From NCBI GenBank assembly GCA_964016885.1, contig OZ024744.1, forward strand, positions 26,660,001 to 26,724,000: a DNA stretch of 64,000 nt. Reading direction: 5' to 3'. The notes beneath the pieces are model-generated. The model was not told the DNA's origin. It saw nothing but the letters and a program-made list of their open reading frames with translations, and did not search any database. Both the position numbers and the translations under genes were made by a program. Shown here piece by piece: positions 1-13,083 of this stretch; position 1 is the first letter of the stretch, and every line of letters begins with the position of its first letter. The DNA comes from Eledone cirrhosa (Eukaryota).

Positions 1-270
1 AAAGACTTCACACAGACAACGTTTCGTCTTCCATAAACATAAAAATAAAAATAAAATCACATTGCCCAGGTTTACGTCTAGGAAAGGAATTTTTTTTCCA
101 GAACGAACCCATAGTTTGTAATTTAGTTTCATATCTAGGAATGGTGACTAACACAATTAAGCAAATGGTTAGATACTTAGATACATGTGATGCTGACAAA
201 GATATAATGTCTAGGAATGCTAATTAATAGAATTAGACAAAAGGTCAGCTCTCTGGAATAGCAATAATGG

Positions 271-331
271 TATACTCTTTTACTCTTTTATCTTTTCCAG
301 CTGACTGGCTGAGGCTTTGCTGGAGCACCAC
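271..331 (-). mobile_element. Short 3' end of a CR1-type LINE, or of a SINE sharing its tail
   Basis: Reverse complement GGTGCTCCAGCAAAGCCTCAGCC...GGAAAAGATAAAAGAGTAAAAGAGTATA matches 58882-58940 (+) and the tail of the CR1 fragment at about 10141-10166. Confidence 0.6.
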
Positions 332-550
332 TTATCTAGGCATGGTGACAAATACAAGTCTACAATTAGGATATAAATTCTAGAATTACTAATTGAGAAT
401 GTTTTCATTAAGTAGAAGGAATTTAAACTTTATTGAACCAGTTATATAATAATGAAAGTATTAAATATAACGTATTGTTCAACAGGAAGAGAGAAAAGAA
501 AAACGGATTATAAAATTACATAATTAAATAAATATAATTATTCATAATCT

Positions 551-700
551 AAGAATAGGGCCAGCAATTTAATTACTGTCCTGGTTCTTTATTTTATCGA
601 CCCTGAAAGAATGAAAGATAAAGTTCTCCTCGGTGGGATTTGAACTGCAAATCATTTTCTCCAAATACTGCAAATCATTTCCTCCAACGGTCTAACGATT
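551..700 (-). mobile_element. tRNA-derived SINE, family A, degenerate
   Basis: Reverse complement carries the B-box GTTCAAATCC and the family core TTTCATTCTTTCAGGGTCGATAAAATAA. Confidence 0.7.
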
Positions 701-769
701 TTTACCTATCCCCCACGATACCGTCATTACACAGATATCATTTAGTGTGGAACACTCTAGAAATTTAGG

Positions 770-1290
770 GAGTAACCCTCAATTGATATACTAAGTAAAT
801 ATTAGTATGAAGTAACCGTTAACATACTTAGGGGATAGGTGTCGACAATGTTATGGAGTATATGTCGACAGATCTGGAGAGTATACGTAAACAATATTAA
901 GGATTATTTGTCAGCAGCTTTAGGGAGTATGTCAATAATTTTTGGGATTATACGATGGCAATTTTAGGGATTGCATGTTAACAGGTCTAGGGAGTATAGC
1001 TTAACAGTTTTTGGGTAGTGTATTTTTGCAGTTTTCTAAAAGATATGTCAACAATGTTTTGCGGTATACGTTAACAATTTTATAAAGTATATATAAAAAG
1101 TTTTACGAAGTATATGTCAATGATTTTAGGGAAGTATATGTCAAAATTGTTAAGGAGAATATGTAGAAAAATAGCATAGAAAAGTAAATTTAGAGGGTAA
1201 CTGTAGAATAAAACTTACTGAATCAAGAAACTATTATAAAATTTATTGAATAAATGTCAGCAAATTTAGGGAGTAACAACCAACAAACAT
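770..1290 (+). repeat. Degenerate ~23-bp minisatellite
   Basis: Recurrent unit approximating CAATTTTAGGGAGTATATGTCAA at ~23-nt period, heavily diverged. Confidence 0.7.
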
Positions 1291-1294
1291 ACTG

Positions 1295-1530
1295 AGTAGA
1301 ACGTTGGATAGAATGCTTTGCAGTATTCCTACTGGCTCTCTGTTCTCTGAGTTCAAATCCCGCCGAGGTCAACTTTGCCTTTCATCCGTTCGAGGTTGAT
1401 AGAACAAAGTAACACTCTAGTATTGGAGTTGATTCTTCCCCTCTCTGGAAAAATCTGCTGTACTCAGACCTGGAGAGCGTCTGCCAAGCTAAAAATGCTC
1501 AAGAAACCCCGTATATCAACACGGCACCTC
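1295..1530 (+). mobile_element. tRNA-derived SINE, family A core with alternative 3' tail
   Basis: CTGAGTTCAAATCCCGCCGAGGTCAACTTTGCCTTTCATCC core; the tail CTCTGGAAAAATCTGCTGTACTCAGACCTGGAGAG...AAGAAACCCCGTAT recurs at about 56350-56435. Confidence 0.75.
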
Positions 1531-1924
1531 TACGACTCTATCAAGAATTATGGGACTATACCCTACTATACCATTTCTTTCTACACAAAGTCTACTACCA
1601 TCAATTTAGTAACAACAAACTAAGTAATAAACAACAATTGACATTCTACAAATTAAATTATCAACAGTCGATACATTTAGTGAGTATCACTTATCAAATT
1701 TAACAAATTAATATAAAGAAAACTTTCAAAGGTTTTGCCTTGGTTTTGCTCCTGTTTTTACTTGGATATAAATATTATATAACATAAAATTTGAAGTGTG
1801 AAAGCCACGACAATATGAAATGAAAGAATAAAGAGTGAAACAAAATGTTATGTGTTTTACCTTAATTTATTTATATCCTGATATTTCGAGATTAATCTGT
1901 TTTCAATTTGGTTTTCGTGCCAAT

Positions 1925-2333
1925 CCTTACCTGTTGTCATGAATATTGGGCAATGACCGAAAGGATATAATCGCGAATACAAGCAGCCGAAATGGGTTCC
2001 TCCGAAGGGTCTTCGGAGATCAAACAGTCACTCCAAGTAGAGCCGCTATTTCTCCGAATTGAGAGATCACAGGACTGATTCTATGGGCATGTGGTTAGAA
2101 TGTCTCAGGAAAGAATCATTGGACAGATTTTACAGGCAAACACCAACTGGTAGGGGACCCAGGAGTAGACCCCGAGACAGATGGTTGGATAACATCCATG
2201 AGCTTGGCTGATCACGTTTGGGTATCCACCCGGATCAGTTGGAAACGATTGCTTCTTACAGGACTTGCTGGAGGGGGTGTTTGAGGACTTGCTCCGACGA
2301 CACTCTCAGGAATAAGTGGGTGAAGAAAAAGAA
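1925..2333 (+). mobile_element. 5'-truncated RTE-clade (Expander/Rex3-like) LINE 3' end
   Basis: Decayed translation resembling HEYWAMTERI.SRIQAAEM, GHVVRM and RPRDRWLDNI; ends GAATAAGTGGGTGAAGAA. A second copy lies at 48031-48520 (-). Confidence 0.8.
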
Positions 2334-2359
2334 CCTGCTAGAATTATTAGAGTTATGAA

Positions 2360-2586
2360 GGGTGGTGGATTGCCAGTATTGGTAGAGGGTTGGACACCAT
2401 ATTTTGCAAGCTTAGAGTTACGTCCCTTTACGGTCTGAGTTCAAATCCCGCCGAGGTTAACTTTGCCTGCCTTTCATCCTTATGGGGTCGATAAAATAAG
2501 GAACCAGTAAGGTACTGGGGTCGATTTATTCGACTTTCCCCTCCCCTCAATTTGTCGGCCTTGTGCCTATATAAGAAACAATTATT
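2360..2586 (+). mobile_element. tRNA-derived SINE, family A, full length with TSD
   Basis: A-box-like head, B-box GAGTTCAAATCC, family core and tail GTCGGCCTTGTGCC...GAAACAATTATT; flanked by direct repeat ATTATTAGAGTTA (2343-2355 and 2581-2593). Confidence 0.88.
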
Positions 2587-2784
2587 AGAGTTACCGAGAT
2601 TTTGACTGCTATTTCTAGTAAATTGATCGACCATGCAGACGTCCTGAAGCTGGCTAATAGTCACCAATAAGTTTCATTTTATTTATTTAGTTATATTTCT
2701 TATTTATAGTTATTTCCTTTTTTATTAAAGTAATTTATTTAAGGTTATTTTTGGATTGTTAACCTTTTTGGGACAGCTTCGGGC

Positions 2785-2898
2785 ATGTCTGGGTGTAGGT
2801 GTGTGTATATATATATATGTAGGTGTAGGTGTATATATATATATGCTGGCGTAGGTGTATATATATATATATATATCTATATATATATGTGGGTGTAG

Positions 2899-2985
<87 letters not shown>

Positions 2986-3520
2986 GGTGTATGTGTGTAT
3001 ATATATATATATATATGGGTGTAGGTGTGTATATATATATATATATGTAGGTGTAGGTGTATATATATATATGTGTGTGTGTGTAGGTGTAGGTGTATAT
3101 ATATATATGTGTGTAGGTGTAGGTGTATATATATCTACATATATATGGGTGTAGGTGTGTATATATATATATGTGTGTAAGTGTGTATATATATATATCT
3201 ATATGTGGGTGTAGGTGTATATATATATATATATGTAGGTGTAGGTGTGTATATATATGTGGGTGGAGGTGTATATATATATATATATATGTAAGTGTAG
3301 GTGTATATATATATATATATGTAGGTGTAGGTGTGTATATATATATATATATGTGGGTGTAGGTGTGTTTTTATGTATATATATGTGGATGTAGGTGTGT
3401 ATATATAAATATATATATATATATGTAGGTGCGTGTATATATATATATGTGTGGGTGTAGGTGTGTATATATATATATATATATGTCTGGGTGTAGGTGT
3501 GTATATATATATATATGTAG

Positions 3521-3580
<60 letters not shown>

Positions 3581-3822
3581 GTGTAGGTGTGTATATATAT
3601 ATATGTAGGTGTAGTTGTATATATATATATATATATATATGTAGATGTAGGTGTGTATATATATGTGGGCGTATACATATATATGTGTGGGTGTAGGTGT
3701 ATATATATATATGTAGGTGTAGGTGTATATATATATATATATATGCTGGTGTAGGTGTATATATATATATATATGTGGGTGTAGGTGTGTATATATATAT
3801 ATATATATATGTGTGTGTGGGT

Positions 3823-3869
<47 letters not shown>

Positions 3870-3947
3870 TCTAGGTGTAGGTGTATATATATATATATAT
3901 ATATGGGTGTAGGTGTGTATATATATATATATATGTAGGTGTAGCTG

Positions 3948-3986
<39 letters not shown>

Positions 3987-4050
3987 AGGTGTAGGTGTAT
4001 ATATATATATATGTGTGTAGGCGTAGGTGTATATATATATATATGTGTAG
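2785..4050 (+). repeat. Compound minisatellite (TA)n-GTAGGT/GTGGGT-GTAGGTGT
   Basis: Variable (TA)n runs punctuated by fixed GTAGGTGTAGGTGT or GTGGGTGTAGGTGT motifs. Confidence 0.95.
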
Positions 4051-4234
4051 ATAAATCTACCAAAAATTTACGGTAGTGTCCAATCCGTATGAAGAACTCA
4101 ATGTAATCCGGATATCATGAAAAGAGAAGATGCATTCAAAAACTATTTTCGGTGAAAATTAACGGAAAAAAGAGTCAAGATAAATTAATAAAGTAATGAA
4201 TAAACAAAGAAACAGTTCCTTATATTAAAAAAAT

Positions 4235-4376
4235 TCATCATTTTACGATCGTTTTTAGGATATATATGTGTTAGTGTTGGTATGCATATTCTATAGATCT
4301 ATGTAAAATATTTATACAAACTATCAGAGGGAATATACATACCTACACATATATATGCTGTCTTCAGAAATAATGA
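4235..4376 (-). ncRNA. Type I hammerhead ribozyme motif with very long stem II (G12A variant)
   Basis: UCAUUAUUU-CUGAAGA-(~105-nt hairpin)-AAAA-CGAUCG-UA-AAAUGAUGA; 9-bp stem I and palindromic stem III, with GAAA read as AAAA. Confidence 0.75.
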
Positions 4377-5218
4377 TATTTGTTTATTGAAAAAAACAAA
4401 GATTTAATACAATAGGTCTGTTTGGGAACAGGTTTTAAATTGACCAATAGAAAGATAGTGAAGGTCAAGATAGTAATCTAGTAGTAAAAGAACCTTAATT
4501 TATGGGTAGAGGAAGGTAGATTTCAGTTTTGGATGAAAAAGAATATTATGAATGAAAGATTATTTTAGGGACGAAAATAGGTCGTATGCAGACCTCAAAA
4601 ATAATTATATTTGTTCATTGAATAAAACCAACAAAGATTTGATATAGTCTGTCTGTTTGGTAACAGGTTTAGAATTAATCAATAGAAAGTTAATAATTGG
4701 CCAAATGGTAAAATAGTAGTAATTGAAGTTTATTTTAGGGGTAGATGAAGGTAGATTTCAGTTTTGAATGGAGTGTGAAGAATGAGGTTATTTTAGGGGT
4801 GAAAATAGGTCAGGTCAGTAAAAGGTATACGAACAGTTGCTGTTATAAAATAGTAATGCCAATGCAAATATCTAAGGAGACTAAAATTTTACGATAAGAG
4901 TGTTAGTGAAAAAAATACATCCATGAAAAGAATATAAATTAATTTAATTGATGGGTATATACACATACACATACAAACACATGCATATAATTATTGGGGG
5001 GGGGGGAGTTAAATTTATAATAAATATATAGAGATTTCAAGGAACATAGAGTCATAACCTGAAATTAAAGCATTATATATGCTTACTTAATGGTATCAGT
5101 TTTAGGAAATGATAGTTGTAAGAAGGAAAGTAAAATTATGTAGTTCATCAGTAGTAGAATATTAATTATAGGTTAACTAAATTAAAAACAGTTTATATAT
5201 TAATTTCAGAGATGTATA

Positions 5219-7540
5219 TTAATTAGGTTTATAATATTTAAAGGTTTTTCTCAGTTTGTGATTACACGATATTATTAATTCCTGTCGCTTATTTAATAGG
5301 ATATCCTTAGATTTCATTATTTCAAAAAGTTCTTGGGAACATAATCTACATTCAAATCTATTATTTTGATAAGGGGTGCCCCTTTTGAGCACACTCCAGG
5401 TCAGGTCATAATCTATATTCCTCTTTCTTTAATTATTAATTATTTCAGCTAGAGATGTTGTATTAGCTAGTGCGGCATTTTTAAAGCTATGTTTGTGGGT
5501 ATTAAATCTTACCTTAAATTTGTTAGAGGTAGCTCCTATATATGAATAAATTGAGTCTTTAGTGTTAACTTTACATTTATATACTATGTTATTAACAAGG
5601 CAATTTCCTTTTAATGGGCAGTTTGCCTTGTTTCTACAGTTACAACTTTTCGCGACTCCTGTATCTGAGGAGATATTATGGTTAGTTTGATGTACTGGTA
5701 GTATACTCATGGTTTTTTTACATTTATATGTATTGTAGGCACTTATATTTTGTTTTATGTTTTTGGTTGTTGAGTAGGAGAATTTAACAGTTGATCTATT
5801 TAAAATTTGATGGTATTTGTGGTTTGGCGGGAAGTTCTTCTCTAGGATATTAAAGAATTTTTTAGGTATATTATCCTTAATTTCTAAATTAAATGGAGCA
5901 TTATACCAAGTAACTCGTCTATTACGGTTTCGATGTTGTTAATTGTTTTTATAGGATGTATCCTGATGTTTATTAAGAGAATTATTGTTAATGACTTCAC
6001 CACACACATTTTTAGTTAGATTTATTGATTTAGGTGTTTTAGCTTGTTTATTAGGAGTTTTATTATTACCATTTATTAGAGTTGTAGGATGAGTGGTTTT
6101 TTGAGAGTTACTATATTGTATATTAGAAGAGTTAGAGAAATTTGGTTTTATGTTGGTATTTTGGGGTATAGTGTGAGTGGCATTTAGGTGTGTATGTTTC
6201 ATTTGGTGTTTGTTGGTAATATTAGGTAGTGTTTGTAGTGTTATTGGTACAAGGTATATATACTAATTTATTTTTGTGGCCACTTCTAGCTAGAGCTTCG
6301 TTATAAAAGGTCGCATTTTTATCAAATACATCCTGGTTAGACGAAAGGTTAGAAATTCTAAGTGATATATTATATGCAAGGTTTTTAAGGATAGATTTAG
6401 GGTGATTAGATTGTGAGTGTATGTAGTGTAAATTTTGGTTAGGTTTATGGTAAGGTTGGTAGATACCCGTAGATAAGTCTAATGTTATATCAAGGAAATT
6501 AACTACTTTACTTGTGTTTTCAAATGTAATATCTAGACTATAATAGTCTTTAAGGAAAGTTCTAATAAGCTTTTTATTTTTTTCTATCTCTGAAAGGCTA
6601 AGGTTATTGGAAAGAAGAAGACAGTCGTCACGATATAAACCACCTTTAAGGTGGGGAAAGGAAGCATTTATGTTGAAAAGAAGAAAGAGGCCCACAAGAT
6701 CAGTAATTTGGGCAGAATCACTTGAGCCCATAGTAATATCGAATAGATTACTATATGTGTTTCTGGTCCAGTATTCATTTTGAAATTCCAATAGTGTTCG
6801 TCTGGCATGTGTGATAATATTAATGTCATCCATAGTTAAGTTAGATCTATTTTTAGCAAATATCAAGGCTTTGTTCAGGGGTATAGGTGATATAGAAGAA
6901 TAATAATTATCTATATCAAATTGTAGAAATGAAGCAGAGGATCTATTTCTAATATTATTAAACCAGTTAATTACCTGGTATGTGTTTTCCCAGAGTGGTA
7001 AATTAACATGTTTTCTTAGTTGTGGGATGACTCTATCTAAAATGTTTTTACTAATGATTCCAATATCAGATTTAGAAGGGCATTTAAGCCTTATAGAAGG
7101 ATTAGAGTTAAAGTTAGATTTATAATCTTTCAGATTGAAATGTGATATTTTCAGTGCCAAAGGTTTGGTTCTATCTTCAATATTAAGTCTATTCACTATG
7201 TTGTGTGTTTTGTTGTTGATGTTGGTAAGTGACGCATTGTTTGTTTTTCTATAATTCTTCCTGAGTTCTTTATATATGAACTCATTGTAATTATCAATAT
7301 CCATGTGATACAGATTTCCAGTTTTGTCCGAGTGGACATGGATTTTTTTAGATTTTTTTAGATCCAATAGGGTAGAATCAAGATCCTTTTTGAAAATTAG
7401 ATTTATACCTCTTAAATTTGAGGTGTTTGATTAAATTAAAAAAGTCTTTCTCAAAGTTTTCAAGTAAGGAGTTGTGTGGTGGATTTTTATATATAGTGAA
7501 ATCATATAAATACTTCTTATCAGTACATTTTGTTTTTTTA
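5219..7540 (-). pseudogene. PLE reverse transcriptase plus GIY-YIG endonuclease, disrupted
   Basis: RT motifs FDIDNYYSSI, FDITMGSSD, GGLYRDDCL, VNFLDITLDL, SNHP; then RRVTWYNAPF, NRSTVKFSYS, CNCRNKANCPLKGNC, IVYKC..YIGAT, CRLC..LLNKRQEL..SCNH. In-frame stops at 5939 and 5429 and a frameshift near 6210. Confidence 0.92.
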
Positions 7541-7542
7541 TC

Positions 7543-8190
7543 TGTAGGTGTAGGTGTATTTATATGTAGGTGTAGGTGTATATATATATATATATGTGGG
7601 TGTAGGTGTATATATATGTAGGTTTAGGTGTGTATATATGTATATATATATGTAGGTGTATATATATATATATGGGTGTAGGTGTGTATATATATATATA
7701 TGTGTGTGGGTGTAGGTGTGTATATATATATATATATATATGTAGGTGTGTATATATATATATGTGGGTGTAGGTGTGTGTATATATATATATGTGGGTG
7801 TAGGTGTGTATATATATATATATATGTAGGTGTATATATATATATGTGTGGGTTTAGGTGCGTATATATATATATGTGTAGGTGTGTAAATATATATATG
7901 TCAGGGTGTAGGTGTATATATATATATATGTGTAGGTGTGTATATATATATATCTATATGTGGGTGTAGGGGTATATATATATATGTAGGTGTAGGTGTG
8001 TATATATATATTGGGTGGAGGTGTGTATATATATATATATATGTAGGTGTATATATATATATGTAGGTGTAGGTGTGTATATATATATGTGGGTGTAGGT
8101 GTGTATATATATATATGTGGGTGTAGGTGTGTATATATAAATATATATATATATATGTAGGTGTAGGTGTATATATATATGTGGGTGTAG

Positions 8191-8239
<49 letters not shown>

Positions 8240-8271
8240 GGTGTAGGTGTATATATATATATGTAGGTGTA

Positions 8272-8314
<43 letters not shown>

Positions 8315-8632
8315 GTGTAGGTGTGTATATATATATATGTGGGTGTAGGTGTGTATATATATGTAGGTGTAGGTGTATATATATATATGTAGGTGTGAAT
8401 ATATATATATATATATGTGGGTGTAGGTGTATATATATATATATATATGTAGGTGTAGGTGTGTATATATATATGTGGGTGTAGGTGTATATATATATAT
8501 ATGTGTAGGTGTAGGTGTGTATATATATGTCTGAGTTTAGGTGTGTATATATATGTGGGTGTCGGTGTGTATATATATATGTGTGTGTGTGTAGGTGTAT
8601 ATATATATATATATATATATATGTAGGTGTAG

Positions 8633-8669
<37 letters not shown>

Positions 8670-9044
8670 GGTGTAGGTGTATATAGAGATATATGTGTAG
8701 GTGTAGGTGTGTATATATATGTCTGGGTTTAGGTGTGTATATATATATGTGTGTGGGTGTGTATATATATATATTTATATGTCTGGGTGTAAGTGTGTAT
8801 ATATATATATAGGTGTAGGTGTGTATATATATATATGTCTGGGCTTAGGTGTGTATATATATATATATATGTGTAGGTGTGTATATATATATATATATGT
8901 GGGTGTAGGTGTATATATATATATATATGTAGGTGTAGGTGTGTATATATATATGTGGGTGTAGGTGTGTATATATATATATGTAGGTGTAGGTGTATAT
9001 ATATATAGGTGTAGGTGTGTATATATATATATGTGTGGGTGTAG

Positions 9045-9085
<41 letters not shown>

Positions 9086-9817
9086 GATGTAGGTGTGTAT
9101 ATATAAATATATATATATATATGTAGGTGTTAATATATATATGTAGGTGTAGGTGAATATATATATATATATATGTGTAGGTGTAGGTGTGTATATATAT
9201 GTCTGGGTTTAGGTGTGTATATATATATATAGGTGTAGGTGTGTATATATATATGTCTGGGTTTAGGTGTGTATATATATATGTGTAGGTGTGTATATAT
9301 ATATCTATATGCGGGTGTAGGTGTATATATATATATGTAGGTGTAGGTGTGTATATATATATATGTGGGTGTAGGTGTGTATATATATATATATATATGT
9401 AGGTGTAGGTGTATATATATATGTAGGTGTAGGTGTGTATATATATATATATATATGTGGGTGTAGGTGTGTATATATATATGTGGGTGTAGGTGTGTAT
9501 ATATATATATATGTAGGTGTAGGTGTATATATATATATATATATGTAGGTGTAGGTGTATATATATATATATGTAGGTGTAGGTGTGTATATATATATAT
9601 GTGGGTGTAGGTGTGTATATATATATATATGTGGATGTAGGTGTGTATATATAAATATATATATATATGTAGGTGTAGGTTTATATATATATAGATATAT
9701 GTGTGGGTGTTTGGTGTATATATATATATATATATGTGGGTGTGGTTTATATATATATATATATATATGTGGGTGTAGGTATATATATATATCAGTGGGT
9801 GTAGGTATATATATATA
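7543..9817 (+). repeat. Compound minisatellite (TA)n-GTAGGTGTAGGTGT, continuation of 2785-4050
   Basis: Same unit and strand as the left flank of the PLE. Confidence 0.95.
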
Positions 9818-9819
9818 CA

Positions 9820-10162
9820 TGGGAGCTGGACCAACCATTCAACAGGACTTCACTGTGTGGTGCTAAAGATCCCATTTTCCACATCGAGAATAAGGAGCAG
9901 ATATTGCAATTGCATGGGGTTCAGGGGCCCTCAACTCTTCAACAAGCTGCCGAGGGATCTGAGACATCTGAATGATGTGGATGTCGATGTCTTCAAGAAA
10001 CATCTCGACACCTTGCTATCCTGGATCCCGGATAAACCCACAGCAAGGCACGAGGGAAACCTAAGGGCAGCAGCAACGAACTCCCTCTTGCAGAAGTGGC
10101 CAACCAAAACAGGCTGGAGATGAAATGTGTAGCAACAAGAGAGGTGCCACAGCATGGTCTCA

Positions 10163-10166
<4 letters not shown>
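9820..10166 (+). mobile_element. CR1/L2-group LINE 3' fragment
   Basis: ORF 9857-10123 includes GPQLFNKLPRDLR..VDVFKKHLDTLLSWIPDKP..RAAATNSLL, a typical CR1-group ORF2 C-terminus, followed by a short 3' UTR. Confidence 0.8.
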
Positions 10167-10554
<388 letters not shown>

Positions 10555-10617
10555 ATCCATTGGGTGTCACCTATCAATAAATGCAATGAAGGAATAATCA
10601 ATCGTCCTTTTTATCCT

Positions 10618-10660
<43 letters not shown>

Positions 10661-10775
10661 AACCTGTAAGACCCCGACGGCTGAGCTCAAGCCGTTTCGA
10701 CGGCTAATTCTGAGAATTAGTATTGAGTACTTTGGTGCGTTATGATCCACCTGGTTCCTTACCACATTTCCTTCG

Positions 10776-10807
<32 letters not shown>

Positions 10808-10999
10808 GTGGCTGTAGGTGTATATATATGTGTATATATATGTAGGTGTATATATGTGTATATATATGTAGGTGTATATATATGTTAGTGCCTGTGTATA
10901 TGTCGTTGTGTGAGTGCGTGTTTATGTTTTTGTGTTAGTGTATATATATATATATATATATACATATCTTTGTGAGTGTATGTGCATGTTAGGGCATAT

Positions 11000-11530
11000 A
11001 TGTGTGTGTTACTGTCTGTGTATATATCATTGTGTGTATGTAGGTGTGTTACTATATATATATATATATATGTGTTTTACTATATATATATATATATATG
11101 TGTTACTATATATATATATGTGTGTGTTACTATATATATATGTGTGTTACTATATATATACATTTGTGTTACTATATATATATGTGTGTGTTACTATATA
11201 TATATATATGTGTGTTACTATATATATATATATCTGTGTTACTATATATATATATCTGTGTTACTATATATATATATATGTGTGTTACTATATATATATA
11301 TGTGTGTTACTATATATATATATCTGTGTTAATATATATATATATGTGTGTTACTATATATATATATATCTGTGTTACTATATATATATATCTGTGTTAC
11401 TATATATATATATGTGTGTTACTATATATATATATATGTGTGTTACTATATATATATATGTGTGTTACTATATATATCTGTGTTACTATATATATATGTG
11501 TTTTACTATATATATATATATGTGTGTTAC

Positions 11531-11565
<35 letters not shown>

Positions 11566-11590
11566 TCCTATATATACATGTGTGTGTTAC

Positions 11591-11660
<70 letters not shown>

Positions 11661-12515
11661 ATTAAATAAATGGAAATTATATTTATAAAACCATATCTAT
11701 TTTATTATATATATTTCAGGGATAACATATTAACAATATGCTATGCCTTCCTCAGACAAAATACAATATAAACAGTTTTATCGATAAATAGATTCGACAT
11801 ACCGTAACAACATCTACTTGCATTTGAGAAGGTTGATTTGGTTGATATATTGATTTGGTTGATATATTGTTAATATGTTATCCCTGAAATATATATAATG
11901 AAATAGATATGGTTTTATAAATATAATTTCCATTTATTTAATATTGTAAATATACTCCAAATATTTGTCGAGTGCTTTTATATCAGTTATAAATATTTAC
12001 TAGTTGTAACACAACAATTTAAATATAACTTTCCATATATATATATATATATATATATATTTGTGTGTGTGTGTTACTATATATATATATGTGTGTTACT
12101 AAATATATATATATATATATGTGTGTTACTATATATATATGTGTGTTACTCTCTATATATATATATGTCTTACTATATATATATATATATATATGTGTTA
12201 CTATATATATATATGTGTTACTATATATATATATGTGTGTTACTATATATATATGTGTTACTCTATATATATATGTGTGTTACTATATATATATATGTGT
12301 GTTACTATATATATATGTGTGTGTGTTACTAAATATATATATATATATGTATGTTACTATATATATATATGTGTGTGTTACTATATATATATGTGTGTTA
12401 CTATATTTATATATATATGTGTGTTACTATATATATATGTGTGTGTTACTATATATATATATGTGCTTTACTGTACATATATGTGCTTGTATGTGTTATA
12501 TATTTGTGTGTGTGT

Positions 12516-12550
<35 letters not shown>
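11000..12550 (+). repeat. Compound minisatellite GTGTGTTAC(TA)n, interrupted at 11656-12035
   Basis: Dozens of GTGTTAC or CTGTGTTAC motifs separated by variable (TA)n. Confidence 0.95.
11698..11763 (-). ncRNA. Type I hammerhead ribozyme, intact core
   Basis: UAUUUUGU-CUGAGGA-AGGCAUAGCAUAUU-GUU-AAUAUGUUAUCCCU-GAAA-UAUAUA-UA-AUAAAAUA; lies in an inverted-repeat element (arms 11656-11740 and 11863-11948). Confidence 0.82.
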
Positions 12551-12553
<3 letters not shown>

Positions 12554-12730
12554 CACCGTATTTTTGACTAAAGGAATGTTAGCCTGATAATGGGGTTTAG
12601 AACCCTCAGATAAATGGAAAAAGATGAGTATTGAAGTACATGTACGTCAATACTCATCTTTTTCCATTTATCTGAGGGTTCTAAACCCCATTATCATGGT
12701 GAAATTCCTTTAGTCAAAAATACGGTGAAA
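12551..12730. repeat. 180-bp near-perfect palindrome abutting (TA)n
   Basis: TTTCACCGTATTTTTGACTAAAGGAAT ... ATTCCTTTAGTCAAAAATACGGTGAAA, centred at 12640/12641. Confidence 0.9.
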
Positions 12731-12806
12731 GCTATTCTATTTTCTAATTTCAAACCTGCTCACTGTTTCAAAACATACTTATTTGATATACATATATATA
12801 CATGAA

Positions 12807-12859
<53 letters not shown>

Positions 12860-12860
12860 C

Positions 12861-12914
<54 letters not shown>

Positions 12915-13083
12915 CAGTTCAAGAGTAAACCAATCTTAAATAGAGAGATAGAAGTAGGACAGGTGAGTTTGGTGACGGTGTTAGAAGCCAAAGCTTAAAA
13001 GCTGGTGCTGGATGTGCAATATGGAGTGGAGAGCAGTTGGATAACTGGCTTCATGCTGAGGTTAGGTGTACAGAGCTGGAGTT

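Larger units (their letters stand above)
4051..7545 (-). mobile_element. Penelope-like retroelement, Naiad type, 5'-truncated
   Basis: RT, linker and GIY-YIG pseudo-ORF followed by a long 3' UTR with a diverged ~230-bp tandem duplication (4376-4590 vs 4608-4815) and a hammerhead; embedded in the (TA)n compound satellite. Confidence 0.9.

Noticed and set aside
770-1290. Interstitial telomere (TTAGGG motifs)
   Set aside because: Single TTAGGG hexamers within a 23-bp unit, not tandem telomeric repeats.
5219-5710. Selenocysteine recoding in the Naiad endonuclease, reported for some Naiads
   Set aside because: The conserved cysteines are TGT/TGC and the interrupting stops are TAA, not TGA.
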